DNA of 64,000 bases from an uncultured Methanosarcinales archaeon (lineage in GTDB: Archaea > Nanobdellota > Nanobdellia > Woesearchaeales > DSVV01), in the NCBI GenBank assembly GCA_964453185.1, contig CAYVNN010000002.1:274308-338307 (forward strand), read 5' to 3'. The notes beneath the pieces are model-generated. The model saw nothing but the letters and a program-made list of their open reading frames with translations, had not been told where the DNA came from and searched no databases. The translations under genes were made by a program, and so were the position numbers. Positions 9,534 through 19,257 of this stretch are shown here, in pieces (position 1 is the stretch's first letter; each line of letters opens with the position of its first letter).

Positions 9534-10804
9534 TTTTCTATCTTCTTTATTCCATTCATATAAGGCAATAATACTTTAGGAATGTGTATTACTCCTTTCT
9601 TATCCTGGAAGTTTTCTAATATTGCAACAATTGCTCTTGATGTTGCAACACATGTAGAATTTAATGTATGAACAAGAACATTACTTTCTTTACCTCTTAA
9701 TCTAATCCCTAATCTTCTTGATTGATAATCTGTACAATTTGAACATGAAACAACCTCTCTATACTTCTGTTGTGCAGGCATCCAAACTTCTATGTCATAC
9801 TTCTTTGCTGCAACAGTTCCAATATCTCCAGTACAAATACTTTGTACTCTGAAATGTAATCCTAATGATTTAAAGAATTCTTTTGCATTATTCAATAATT
9901 CTTCATGATATTTCCAACTTTCTTCTGGTTTACATATTATTATCTGTTCGATTTTATTAAATTGATGTCCTCTAAAGATTCCTTTTGTATCTTTCCCATG
10001 TGATCCTGCTTCTTTTCTAAAACAACTACTAATCCCACAAGTCTTTATTGGTAAATCTTTTTCTTCCATTATTTCATTCATAAACATTGCTGTCAATGGG
10101 TGCTCTGATGTTGCAATTAAATACAAATCCTCGTCTTCAATCTTATACATGACATCTTCAAAATCTTTTAAATCAGTCACACCTTCATATGACTTTCTGT
10201 TCATCATAAATGGTGGTTGTACAATTATGTATCCTTTATTATACATAAAATCTAATGCATACTTTTGTAATGCAAAGTCTAGCATTGCTAATTTATCTTT
10301 TAAAAACCAAAATCTTGAACCAGAAATCTTTCCAGCTCTTGGAATATCTGCTTGATCATATTCATCAAGAATATCAACATGACTCTTTGTTTTAAAATCA
10401 TGTGTTATTAATTTCCCAACCTTTTCTATAGTTTCATTTTCATCTTCTCCTTCGCCGTAAGGAACAGATTCATGTAAAATATTTGGTAATGTTCTTAATC
10501 CATTTTTAAGTTTATCTTGGATCTTATTTTGTTCTTCTTCAATCTTCTTAATATCTTGAGGAATCTCTGCTGCTAATTTTAATTCTTTTGTAACATCTTT
10601 GCCTTGTTTCTTTAACATAGAAATAATCTTACTAACTTCATTTCGTTTACTTCTCATATGTTGTGCTTGTTGCATTAATTCTCTATTCTGTTTATCCAGC
10701 TCAATTACTTTATCTAACAGCTTTAACTTTTCATTATCTTTTCTTTTTTTTAGATCCTTTTTAATTATCTCAGGACTTTCCCTTATTAACTTTATATCTA
10801 ACAT
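9530..10804 (-). CDS. serS: Seryl-tRNA synthetase
   Basis: N-terminal coiled-coil arm, class II motifs (FRKEAGSHGKDTKGIFRGHQFNKIE), 424 aa. Confidence 0.9.
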   Translation of the reverse strand: MLDIKLIRESPEIIKKDLKKRKDNEKLKLLDKVIELDKQNRELMQQAQHMRSKRNEVSKIISMLKKQGKDVTKELKLAAEIPQDIKKIEEEQNKIQDKLKNGLRTLPNILHESVPYGEGEDENETIEKVGKLITHDFKTKSHVDILDEYDQADIPRAGKISGSRFWFLKDKLAMLDFALQKYALDFMYNKGYIIVQPPFMMNRKSYEGVTDLKDFEDVMYKIEDEDLYLIATSEHPLTAMFMNEIMEEKDLPIKTCGISSCFRKEAGSHGKDTKGIFRGHQFNKIEQIIICKPEESWKYHEELLNNAKEFFKSLGLHFRVQSICTGDIGTVAAKKYDIEVWMPAQQKYREVVSCSNCTDYQSRRLGIRLRGKESNVLVHTLNSTCVATSRAIVAILENFQDKKGVIHIPKVLLPYMNGIKKIEK

Positions 10805-10835
10805 ATGACTATTTAAATAGAACTTATATATAAAC

Positions 10836-12215
10836 TTAATGTGGTATTATACCTAATCTTTTCTGTTCTTTTACTGTTAATCTTACTGCCCTATTCGGAC
10901 CTATATGTTCTTCAAGAAATTCATTATATTCTTTTAAATGTAGGGATTTTCCAGCAATATCTCTTGCTTGTTGTTGTGTTTCATGATCACCAAATTCTTC
11001 AGCCATATCACCAAATGCATAAACTTGAACAGCTAAACGGTGGATACCAGGCAATATGGTATCTTCTCCTCCTTCATATCTTCTATTTAGATCTTGCAAA
11101 GCAATTTCTACACGTTCTAAATAAGAGTCAATATTCTTTAAATGTTGATTTAAGTACTCTCCTTTTGCAACATATTCATCTCTTATTTCTTCACCTGTTT
11201 CCCATCTTCTTAATCTAATCTCTCTTCCATGCATTGGAATTTCTCTTGAATATAATCTTTCATTATAAATATACCACTCACTAACAATATATGTTCCTGA
11301 TTTATGTAAGAATTGTACTTGTGCTCCATCTGGAATTTTTTTATTTTCCCATCTTGGTTCAATTCCAGTCTGTTCTATAAACCTTGCTCTTCTTTCTTCT
11401 GTATCTGTATACCTTCTTTTTTCTTCATCTGTTGCTTCATATTCACTTACTGGTCCATCATAGTTTCCATCTCTAAATCTAAGGAGAAGATATGTGTCCA
11501 TGCCTGCAAATACACAACTTGTTAATTTTGTTAAACCAAGCATTCTATTATCTGTTCTTAAACTAAATGGAGAATTAGCAATAAACTTTTTTCTAAAACC
11601 TGTTTTAACAACAGGATCTAGTGTCCATTGTCGTCTACAAACTTCTTCTACACTAAGTTTTCTTTTTAGTGTAAATTGATTTCTATCAATTTCTGCTTCA
11701 TACAATTCATTATCTTTTAAAACATACAATGGAATTCCTAGTGGTTGTATTCCAGTTAAGATCTTAGGTAAAACATCTTTTCCTTCATCTCCAACATTAT
11801 CTGTTACATAAAATCCCATTATTGTTGGATCATCTATTACAATTTCATTATATCCACCAGTTTCATTAGCTATTGCTTTTTTTACTCTTTCTTCTAATGT
11901 TCCAATACGCATAAATGGTGTTGTTCTTTCTCTTAATGATACAGGTTTTGTTGATCCATCACCTTGAAATGCTTCAGTTATTGTTCCTCTATTAACAACC
12001 ACACCCATAGTAGACCATAAAGCACGTTTAGAACCGCCAAGAACATGAGAACATGCTGCTAATGTAGGATCAAATGCCAAGGCAATCTCTAACTTTGATC
12101 TCCAATCAACTGCTCTGTGTAAATTAGTAATAGTACTAACATCTGTCCCATTCACAATCCCATGTAAGAATATTGCATTATATCTCTGCATAACTTCTTC
12201 TACATCCATAATCAT
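10836..12215 (-). CDS. Hypothetical protein (459 aa) with atypical composition
   Basis: A long ORF with no recognisable motif. It is transcribed divergently from the MTAP-like gene. It has GC-richer codons and is K/N/I-poor relative to its neighbours. Confidence 0.4.
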   Translation of the reverse strand: MIMDVEEVMQRYNAIFLHGIVNGTDVSTITNLHRAVDWRSKLEIALAFDPTLAACSHVLGGSKRALWSTMGVVVNRGTITEAFQGDGSTKPVSLRERTTPFMRIGTLEERVKKAIANETGGYNEIVIDDPTIMGFYVTDNVGDEGKDVLPKILTGIQPLGIPLYVLKDNELYEAEIDRNQFTLKRKLSVEEVCRRQWTLDPVVKTGFRKKFIANSPFSLRTDNRMLGLTKLTSCVFAGMDTYLLLRFRDGNYDGPVSEYEATDEEKRRYTDTEERRARFIEQTGIEPRWENKKIPDGAQVQFLHKSGTYIVSEWYIYNERLYSREIPMHGREIRLRRWETGEEIRDEYVAKGEYLNQHLKNIDSYLERVEIALQDLNRRYEGGEDTILPGIHRLAVQVYAFGDMAEEFGDHETQQQARDIAGKSLHLKEYNEFLEEHIGPNRAVRLTVKEQKRLGIIPH

Positions 12216-12321
12216 AAGGTAATCTAATGTTATTTTTAAATGTTGATAGTATAGTATAATTATATTTTTATATTAAACAATCATTACATTTTCTATTAAT
12301 CTTAAGAAAGGAGGGGATATT

Positions 12322-13254
12322 ATGCTTGATGGATGTAGGGTTGCAGTTATTGGTGGTTCTGGTGTACATGATAGTCCAGGATTTAAAGATTTAAAATGGA
12401 GAAAAATTGATACTAGATATAGAAAGGGAGGAGATGTTTCATTAACAGATAGAGTAGTTGCTAGAATGGGTGGATTAAGAAGAGGTGTTGTTGAATATCA
12501 ATTAAGAGATGATGGTGTTATTTTTATTCCTAGACACGGACATGAAAGAAGGTATGGTCCTTGTGTTACACAATATGGAGCTAATTTAATTGCAGCAAGT
12601 ATGTTGGGAGCTAATGTTGTTGTTGCAACAAGTGCAGTTGGTTCTCTTGATGAAAATATTCCTGTTAAATCACTTATTATTCCAGATGATTATGATGATC
12701 AGACAAATAGGAATGATAATTTATATGGAGAAGGCATTGTTTTACATAGTGATTCAAAACAGGCATTTTCAGAACCATTACGGAGAGTATTGTTAGATGA
12801 ATTGGCTTATTATAGTGATAGATTTGTTCATGTTCATGAGACTGGTACTTATGTTTGTATTCCAGGCGATAGATTTGGAACAAGAGCAGAAGGCCAGAGA
12901 AGAAGATTAGAAGGTGCAAATGTAGTTGGTATGACTGCATGTCCTGAAGCTTCTATGGCTGTTCAACTTGGACTGCATTATGCTATTCTTGCTTTTGCAG
13001 TTGATAATGATTTGGATGCTAATCATGAGCAAGGTACACTAGCAATAATGAGAGAATTATCTAAATCAGATAAAGTTCCTTATGTTGTTGGAAGAATTGT
13101 TGAACAAGCAAAGTCTTTTGCACAAGATGCTCCTCCTTTGCCTCAATTGGTTGGTAATATTATCCCTGGAGATACAACTAGGATTAGACATACATATCTA
13201 AGACAAGTTGCCAGAGAACAAATTGCTAGATATTGCAAAAAGGAAGCAGCATAA
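12322..13254 (+). CDS. Purine nucleoside / 5'-methylthioadenosine phosphorylase family (PNP family 2)
   Basis: Segments align to human MTAP: VAVIGGSGV, IPRHGHERRYGPCVTQYGANLIAASMLGANVVVATSAVGSLDE and GTRAEGQRRRLEGANVVGMTACPEASMAVQLGLHYAILAFAVDND. It has an N-terminal extension and a C-terminal tail. Confidence 0.7.
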   Translation: MLDGCRVAVIGGSGVHDSPGFKDLKWRKIDTRYRKGGDVSLTDRVVARMGGLRRGVVEYQLRDDGVIFIPRHGHERRYGPCVTQYGANLIAASMLGANVVVATSAVGSLDENIPVKSLIIPDDYDDQTNRNDNLYGEGIVLHSDSKQAFSEPLRRVLLDELAYYSDRFVHVHETGTYVCIPGDRFGTRAEGQRRRLEGANVVGMTACPEASMAVQLGLHYAILAFAVDNDLDANHEQGTLAIMRELSKSDKVPYVVGRIVEQAKSFAQDAPPLPQLVGNIIPGDTTRIRHTYLRQVAREQIARYCKKEAA

Positions 13255-13259
13255 CTTAT

Positions 13260-15140
13260 TCACTTAACCAACTCAACATCATGTCCTAGGTTAATAGCAT
13301 CTACTATTACTCTTCCTGGACCTGAATTCTTTTTTATTTTTATTATTCCTTTCTTACTGATTTTTGCAGTCATGTGAAAGTTTCCATTGATTAAAATATT
13401 AACTACTTTATTTCTTGTATTGTCATCTATGTAAAGATTAACATTTTTCTTTCCTATGTCATATCTAAATTCTATTCTTTTACCTTTAGAAACATTTACT
13501 TCTAATTCTCTTATATCAATTCCAATTCCAATATTTTTCTCAATCTCAGCTATTCTTTTTCCTTGCTTACCAATAAGAGAAGCAATCTTGTGTTCTGGAA
13601 CATAAACTATGCATTTGTGGTCGTCAACAACTTCAACTTTTGCATCTTCACAATATTGTTTTATTTCTTTCTCTATCTGTCTTGAAGCTAATTTCTTCGC
13701 AGGACTAGATCCACTATCACCTGAAACAGGAATAACAACAGTTTCTTCACCATAACTATATAATTCAAACTCCAGCTTCCCACTCTCAAAATCATTTACT
13801 ACAACAATTGGTCTTGCTAGATCTGCTTCAGTCATTCCTGAGGGAACTTTAACAACCATGCTTAAACTTAATATTTTACTAACATTACCATTCTTAATAA
13901 AAATAACAGTATCAATAACTTGTGGGATAACTCCTAATTCAATCCTACCAACAAACCTTTGGATTGCATCGATTGGATTAGTTGCGTGTACTATTCCAAT
14001 GAAACCAATTCCTGCTAATCTTAAATCTGCAAACAATTTGAAATCATCAGTATTTCTCATCTCATCAAAGAATGTATGATCAGGTCTACTTAATAACAGA
14101 ATGTCATGTACTTCTTGTGCATCTCCATGACTTATTGCATATTGTGTTATTGATTCAGGTAAAACTAAATCTCTTGGTGCTTCAACAGTCTTAACAACCT
14201 TATCCATTGAAGCATAATGTTCTGCTAGTGCTGCTGCAAATGTTGACTTACCCATCCCTGGAGATCCTGCAATCAATATTCCTTCTGCTTGTTCTCCAAC
14301 TCTGGTTAATAATTTTTCAGATAATTTATATTCTTTTAATGTTAATTTTTTAACAGGTCTAACTGCTGTAATTTCCCATGCATCTGAAAAAGGAGGTCTT
14401 GTTATAACTATTCTAAACTTATCTAACTGTACAATTGTAGATCCTGGTCTTTCAATCTCAATAAAACTATCTCTTCTAACATTTGCTTCTTCAATTATCT
14501 CTCTGCTTATATCTTGAATATCTTCTCTTGTTAATTTCTTTTTACCAACATGTTCAAATTTCCAGCTTCCTGGAAAACCTTTTTTAGCAAATGGTTGGAT
14601 ATTTTCTCTTAAATGCACAGACATGCTAGTTTTATCAAAGAACTTTTCTAATTTTAATTTTTTAGCTACAGAACCAACTTCAACAAAGATTGTTTGTATA
14701 CCTTTTGCTTCAGCAACTTTAGCTTGAACTTTATCAGCTGTCATTAACACAGCTCCTTTCTCATAAGCAAACTCTCTTATTAATGAATCAATCTCACCTA
14801 ATTTTGCATTTTGTATATCATAAAGTTTTGGTCGTGTACCAGCAAAGTCCAATTTTATATTATTCTTATCACAAACTTTTCTTATACTCTTTAATTCATT
14901 TAAACCAAGATAACCTATTGCTCTGTTACTATTAGCTTGATGTTCAAGTTCAGCAATGACTGCTTCATGTATCATAATAACCTGCGGAATTAAACTTTTA
15001 TCCAATATTTTTTTAGAAACATCTCCTTCAATGATTACTGATGTATCAGGAACTAGAATCTCAACTTTCTCTTTTTTTACCATATTCTCACCTTTTTTAG
15101 CATTTAAACCAGCGCCTTGAGTCATTATCAAATTATACAT
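13260..15140 (-). CDS. PIN domain - PhoH/PilT-like ATPase - KH domain protein (COG1855 family)
   Basis: An N-terminal PIN-like motif VEILVPDTSVIIEG, Walker A GSPGMGKST, and a C-terminal KH motif LIGKQGKRIAEIEKNIG. The real start is probably an internal Met near 15083. Confidence 0.7.
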   Translation of the reverse strand: MYNLIMTQGAGLNAKKGENMVKKEKVEILVPDTSVIIEGDVSKKILDKSLIPQVIMIHEAVIAELEHQANSNRAIGYLGLNELKSIRKVCDKNNIKLDFAGTRPKLYDIQNAKLGEIDSLIREFAYEKGAVLMTADKVQAKVAEAKGIQTIFVEVGSVAKKLKLEKFFDKTSMSVHLRENIQPFAKKGFPGSWKFEHVGKKKLTREDIQDISREIIEEANVRRDSFIEIERPGSTIVQLDKFRIVITRPPFSDAWEITAVRPVKKLTLKEYKLSEKLLTRVGEQAEGILIAGSPGMGKSTFAAALAEHYASMDKVVKTVEAPRDLVLPESITQYAISHGDAQEVHDILLLSRPDHTFFDEMRNTDDFKLFADLRLAGIGFIGIVHATNPIDAIQRFVGRIELGVIPQVIDTVIFIKNGNVSKILSLSMVVKVPSGMTEADLARPIVVVNDFESGKLEFELYSYGEETVVIPVSGDSGSSPAKKLASRQIEKEIKQYCEDAKVEVVDDHKCIVYVPEHKIASLIGKQGKRIAEIEKNIGIGIDIRELEVNVSKGKRIEFRYDIGKKNVNLYIDDNTRNKVVNILINGNFHMTAKISKKGIIKIKKNSGPGRVIVDAINLGHDVELVK

Positions 15141-15236
15141 GACACCGCACTAAAAGTCGTAGGCGTTTATCTTATTTCATTTTGAGTCAGACTCGCCCTG
15201 GTTTTAATGCGTTACTAAAACCGCCGTGGTACTAAT
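15100..15236 (+). repeat. Structured intergenic repeat, copy R1 (type-1 stem gcatttaaaccag/ctggttttaatgc), with 3' tail module
   Basis: gcatttaaaccag-CGCCTTGAGTCAtTATC...cgcactaaaagtcgtaggcg...cAGACTCGCC-ctggttttaatgc. A gccgtggtacta tail follows. Confidence 0.75.
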
Positions 15237-15237
15237 T

Positions 15238-17214
15238 TCACATTATTATTCTTTTAATAAACAATTTAACTTTATCCCAAAATGATAAATTAACTAATTC
15301 AACAACAAATGTTTGTTGTTCATTATAACTGTTTCCATATTCATCACTAAATTCAATAGATATCACAATTAAATTCTCTTGTTTAACAAAGTCATTACTA
15401 TTCATATTAATGGACACTGGTTCATCTTGAAATAATTCAACATATGTTATCATATGATTATTATTTCCAATCTCAATATTAACTTCAGCATTTAATGGAT
15501 TAGCTGTTGATTGTTTTAGTAATGTAAAATTAATTGTCATATTTTCTCCCAATCCAACTTCAGTTAATGCATTAATATCACTTATTTTGACACTTGGTTT
15601 ATCTATAACAACAAATTCAATTTCATCAGACTTTGAAATATCATCATTCTTTGCACTGATAAATATTTCATTTGTTCCAACAATAACTTCTTTCAAACCA
15701 AATTCAACAATATCTTCCTGTGCAATAGATAAACTTAATTCTTTACACTCGTCTTCATAACAAATTCCAATATTTTCCTGCATAGTATTGCCAACATTAC
15801 TTATGCTACATATTATTCCTGGTGTTTCTTCAATATAAAACAATTCACTTTCTATTCCACAATCTAAATAAACATCATCTGAATACACTTTTTCACTTTC
15901 TTCTGTTTTTTGTTCTTTGATTTCATTAATTTCCTCTAATGAATAATATCTATAATCTTTTCTTGATTGAAATACTACATCTTCTGATTCATTTGTTAAT
16001 GTGTATGCTCTGATATCAAAATAATATTCATATTGTTGTAGTAAACTGTCGTCGACAATCACTGTCCAGAACAATTTACCTTCTTCATTTGGTAATAATA
16101 ATACTTCTTGACTATAATCTTCTAAATAACTTAATCCTTCTGATCTTGAAACAAAGACAGTTAATGGAATATAATAATTAGCATTATTTTGAACAGTAAC
16201 CTCTAATAAATTATATGAACCAAAGCTTGTTGTTGTTTTAATTATTTCTGCATCTAATGTGTAAGGTGCTGTAAGTTCTTCACCTTTACTTATAACTCTT
16301 GCACTAATTTCTAAATCATGCACTAGTAAATTAACATTATTACCACTCCATTCATAATTAACACTTGTTTTGTCAGAATCTGCAGTATCTTTTAATTTAA
16401 TATGCGTTGCATCAATAAAACCTAATTGATTATATGTAACATCAAATGGTATCCATCCATATTCAGGAAAATAAACTTCAGCCCATCCATGTGCACCCCA
16501 ATTTTCAGTAAATAATTCAGATGTTGTGTATGAAACACCTGTAACAAATCTTGAAGGAACACCTATGCTTCTTAACATTGCAATAAACAAATTAGTCATC
16601 TCATCACAAACACCATATTTATTTTCAATAACCCAGCTTGCAGGTTGAGATGCTTCAGCTGTTACAGTGTTTAAATCATATTCAATATTATTATTAACCC
16701 ACTTAGCAATATCAAACACAACAACATAAAGATCATCTTCACCTGCAGCAATACTATTTGCTGTGTTTCTTATACTTGAATCACTATAATCAATTAAATC
16801 AGTTTCTTGTAAGTATGTAGAAACATTACTTGGTAAATCTAGTAATGGAAACTTTATTTTTTCATTAACCTCAACATATGCAGATTTTGTTTCAATATTA
16901 GAATCAAGTTCAAATTCTAATTTTGTTTCAATCGGGTTTTCCCATTCAAACTCAATTAGTCCTCCCACTTTTGTTGCAAAAGGTTCAGTATCAATGTTTG
17001 TAGGTATTTGTCTATAATCCTCTGCAGGATAAAACTCTAAGTTAGCTTTCACATAATTTAATTGATATCCAGTTGTTTTTGGTTCAATATCAATATAAGA
17101 ATCAATGTTTAGATGTAATGTTAATTCTTCATATGTATATAGTTCATCAGTTTCAGCAATAGCTAATGGAATAATTAATAGACATAATAGTAATATAATT
17201 GTTTTTTTAAACAT
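15238..17214 (-). CDS. Secreted transglutaminase-like (cysteine protease fold) large protein
   Basis: Signal peptide MFKKTIILLLCLLIIPLAIA. The transglutaminase core shows GVCDEMTNLFIAMLRSIGVPSRFVTGVSY then GAHGWAEVYF, placing the Cys and His residues in the expected spacing. Confidence 0.65.
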   Translation of the reverse strand: MFKKTIILLLCLLIIPLAIAETDELYTYEELTLHLNIDSYIDIEPKTTGYQLNYVKANLEFYPAEDYRQIPTNIDTEPFATKVGGLIEFEWENPIETKLEFELDSNIETKSAYVEVNEKIKFPLLDLPSNVSTYLQETDLIDYSDSSIRNTANSIAAGEDDLYVVVFDIAKWVNNNIEYDLNTVTAEASQPASWVIENKYGVCDEMTNLFIAMLRSIGVPSRFVTGVSYTTSELFTENWGAHGWAEVYFPEYGWIPFDVTYNQLGFIDATHIKLKDTADSDKTSVNYEWSGNNVNLLVHDLEISARVISKGEELTAPYTLDAEIIKTTTSFGSYNLLEVTVQNNANYYIPLTVFVSRSEGLSYLEDYSQEVLLLPNEEGKLFWTVIVDDSLLQQYEYYFDIRAYTLTNESEDVVFQSRKDYRYYSLEEINEIKEQKTEESEKVYSDDVYLDCGIESELFYIEETPGIICSISNVGNTMQENIGICYEDECKELSLSIAQEDIVEFGLKEVIVGTNEIFISAKNDDISKSDEIEFVVIDKPSVKISDINALTEVGLGENMTINFTLLKQSTANPLNAEVNIEIGNNNHMITYVELFQDEPVSINMNSNDFVKQENLIVISIEFSDEYGNSYNEQQTFVVELVNLSFWDKVKLFIKRIIM

Positions 17215-17290
17215 TATATAGTATATTTAAATAATCTATATAAATGTTTTTTGGAGAAGTAGATAAGATCATAATAATTAAAAAAGGTAA

Positions 17291-17529
17291 AGTTCGTACG
17301 ACTTTGCTTGCAAATGTCGTACTAGCTGGATTTTGGTTCAGCTTTTAGCTTGCCTAAAAGATGAGGGGATAGGGACTTTCAATGTCCTAAAATGAATTAG
17401 CACATCTTTGAACCCTAGTAGGCACTAAGCCAATAGATTGCTCAGTCATAGCTCCAGATGGAGCTCATCACTCAATGCCGTTTGATAACGCTTGAGTCTA
17501 TCCCGTTTGGCCACTCCGGCATCCCCTCA
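17291..17529. ncRNA. GC-rich structured ncRNA candidate of about 240 nt (class unresolved; RNase P RNA, SRP RNA or other)
   Basis: A sharp GC-rich island inside an otherwise AT-rich 350-nt intergenic gap. GAGGGGAU (17363-17370) pairs with AUCCCCUC (17521-17528). Several perfect local hairpins are present: CGUACGAC..GUCGUAC, CUUUUAG..CUAAAAG and AGCUCCA..UGGAGCU. Conserved SRP helix-8 (GGAAGGGAGCA) or RNase P P4 motifs were not convincingly found by eye. Confidence 0.35.
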
Positions 17530-17564
17530 ATATAAAACAAAAGAAATAAGTTTTATTTATAAAT

Positions 17565-17936
17565 TTAACTCAAACTTCTTAGATCAGATTCAATTGAAGC
17601 AAGATCATCTTCTAGTCTGTCTAACTGTGACTCTGTGAACTTAGGTAGAATCTTTTCATCGGTTTTTTTCTCAACAACAGATTTTACTCTCTTACTTTTT
17701 ACAACAGGTAACAACACCTTTAATCTTTCATTTGCCTCATTTATTTCAGAAACAGTTTGTTTTAACATTTCCATTTTTTGTATCTTTTGTGTTTTGAATT
17801 TTTTATACTTTTCTTCAAAACTTCTTAAACTGTCGATTGTAACTTTAGAACTCTCTAATAGATCTTTTTTAATCTGTTTGGGTTGTTCAATATGTACAAA
17901 ATATAATTTATCATCATCCATTTTATATGTTCTCAC
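17565..17936 (-). CDS. Coiled-coil protein (hypothetical), third gene of a three-gene operon
   Basis: 123 aa, K/E-rich with heptad-like pattern. It overlaps the upstream 77-aa ORF by 14 nt. Confidence 0.35.
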   Translation of the reverse strand: MRTYKMDDDKLYFVHIEQPKQIKKDLLESSKVTIDSLRSFEEKYKKFKTQKIQKMEMLKQTVSEINEANERLKVLLPVVKSKRVKSVVEKKTDEKILPKFTESQLDRLEDDLASIESDLRSLS

Positions 17937-18156
17937 ACTCGACTAAAACACTATCAATAAAGTTGATTTTATCTTCAACTTGATTTAAACTATTTTCCCA
18001 CATTTCTATCTCAGCTTCTTCATCTCTTTTTATCTTTTTAATGTCTTCAATTGTTCCTTTTGCTACCTCTATTTTTGTTTTCATTGTATTCAATAAAGAT
18101 AAAATTTCTTGATATGATTCAAGTTTTACAAAAACTGGTTTTTTATTCTCCATCAT
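17923..18156 (-). CDS. Small coiled-coil protein (hypothetical)
   Basis: 77 aa, helical and E/K-rich. It lies between the two other co-oriented genes. Confidence 0.3.
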   Translation of the reverse strand: MMENKKPVFVKLESYQEILSLLNTMKTKIEVAKGTIEDIKKIKRDEEAEIEMWENSLNQVEDKINFIDSVLVECENI

Positions 18157-18272
18157 TCATCACCTTTCAAATATAGCAAAATTAACAAATTTTGCTTATG
18201 CTCAAAAATTATAAATTTTTGGCACACCAAAAATGCTAATAGGATTTTTTAGTGTTACGAAAAACATTAAGT

Positions 18273-19037
18273 TTAATGCTTTGAGTATAATAACTTTTCT
18301 ACATCTTCTAATTGATCATTAAAATCTTCTAATGAGTTTTGCCATCTTTCAAATAACTTATCTTCTTCATCAGCTAAACTCTTTAATCTATATAATGTAT
18401 CATTTGATATGTTTGTTTCTTCACTTAATGAAGTGGAAACATTCATAAAATCAACAAAATCAGTGATTCTTATAAAATTAAAATTTTTACCTGGAATATG
18501 TTTAAGAACTGGTTGTTTGGGTTCTTCAATTTCTTCATTTAATTCTTGCATTGGTTCTTTTTCTAATTCTTCTTTTTCTTGCATTAATGCAGGGGGTTCA
18601 TCTAATTCTTTTTCTTGATCAGGTAATGGTGCAAACACTGGTTTCTTTTCCTCTACTGGTTTTTCAACCACTGGTTCTTTAATTGGTGCAGGTTTCATAT
18701 TTGAATTATCCATAAAATGATCTTCTTCGTGCGGTACTGGTTTTTCAGGTATAGTAGTTTCTACTTGAGTTTCACTTAAATCCATTGCAGTTCCTGCTAA
18801 GTTAGGTGGTAATGGAAACTCAGGTACTTCTTGACCTGACTTACTAAGTGCTCTTGGCAATTTTGGTGTTCCACCTTCTCTTCCTTTAGGTATGGATGGA
18901 GTATCATCAAAATCTAGAGAAGAATCATGACTAAGCCCTCCACCTTTCATAAGGCTAGGCTCTTCTAATGGCTGTGCTGTATTCCCAGAACTAGCTAGAT
19001 TTGGTTCACTCTTCTTTTTTTTACTAAAAAATCCCAC
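18273..19037 (-). CDS. Hypothetical protein with N-terminal amphipathic/basic segment, Pro/Glu-rich linker and C-terminal globular domain
   Basis: MGFFSKKKK at the N-terminus, then a roughly 150-aa P/E-rich low-complexity region, then a C-terminal domain NFNFIRITDFVDFMNV...LYRLKSLADEEDKLFERW. Confidence 0.35.
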   Translation of the reverse strand: MGFFSKKKKSEPNLASSGNTAQPLEEPSLMKGGGLSHDSSLDFDDTPSIPKGREGGTPKLPRALSKSGQEVPEFPLPPNLAGTAMDLSETQVETTIPEKPVPHEEDHFMDNSNMKPAPIKEPVVEKPVEEKKPVFAPLPDQEKELDEPPALMQEKEELEKEPMQELNEEIEEPKQPVLKHIPGKNFNFIRITDFVDFMNVSTSLSEETNISNDTLYRLKSLADEEDKLFERWQNSLEDFNDQLEDVEKLLYSKH

Positions 19038-19257
19038 ATAGTCACCCCTAATTTATAAATACTAAACACCTCAGTATTAAAACTTTTTGTACTATTGTTT
19101 GATAACAACAGCAAAACCACATAAACAAGAAGAGATACTAACCATTCTATATTTAACTTACTTTTATTTATTCTCATGTTGAAAAATACAAGTTCCCGTA
19201 TACCTATTCTATAATAGTAATCCATTTAAATTATATAGTCATGAAAGAATATTTAAG

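Noticed and set aside
17291-17529. Specific assignment of the GC-rich island as SRP RNA or RNase P RNA
   Set aside because: The SRP helix-8 GGAAGGGAGCA-type motif and the RNase P P4 (GGAAAGUCCGG ... CCGGCUUA) arrangement could not be found by eye in the right order on either strand. A GAAAGUCC-like segment and a GGCUUA segment exist on the minus strand but in reversed order. It is kept only as an unclassified ncRNA candidate.
17291-17529. tRNA (possibly intron-containing) within the GC-rich island
   Set aside because: An acceptor-like pairing (GGGGAUG/UAUCCCC) and a T-like hairpin (GGAC-AUUGAAA-GUCC) can be drawn. The D-arm and anticodon arm cannot be formed, the T-loop lacks the UUC(G/A)A consensus, and no CCA or discriminator fits.
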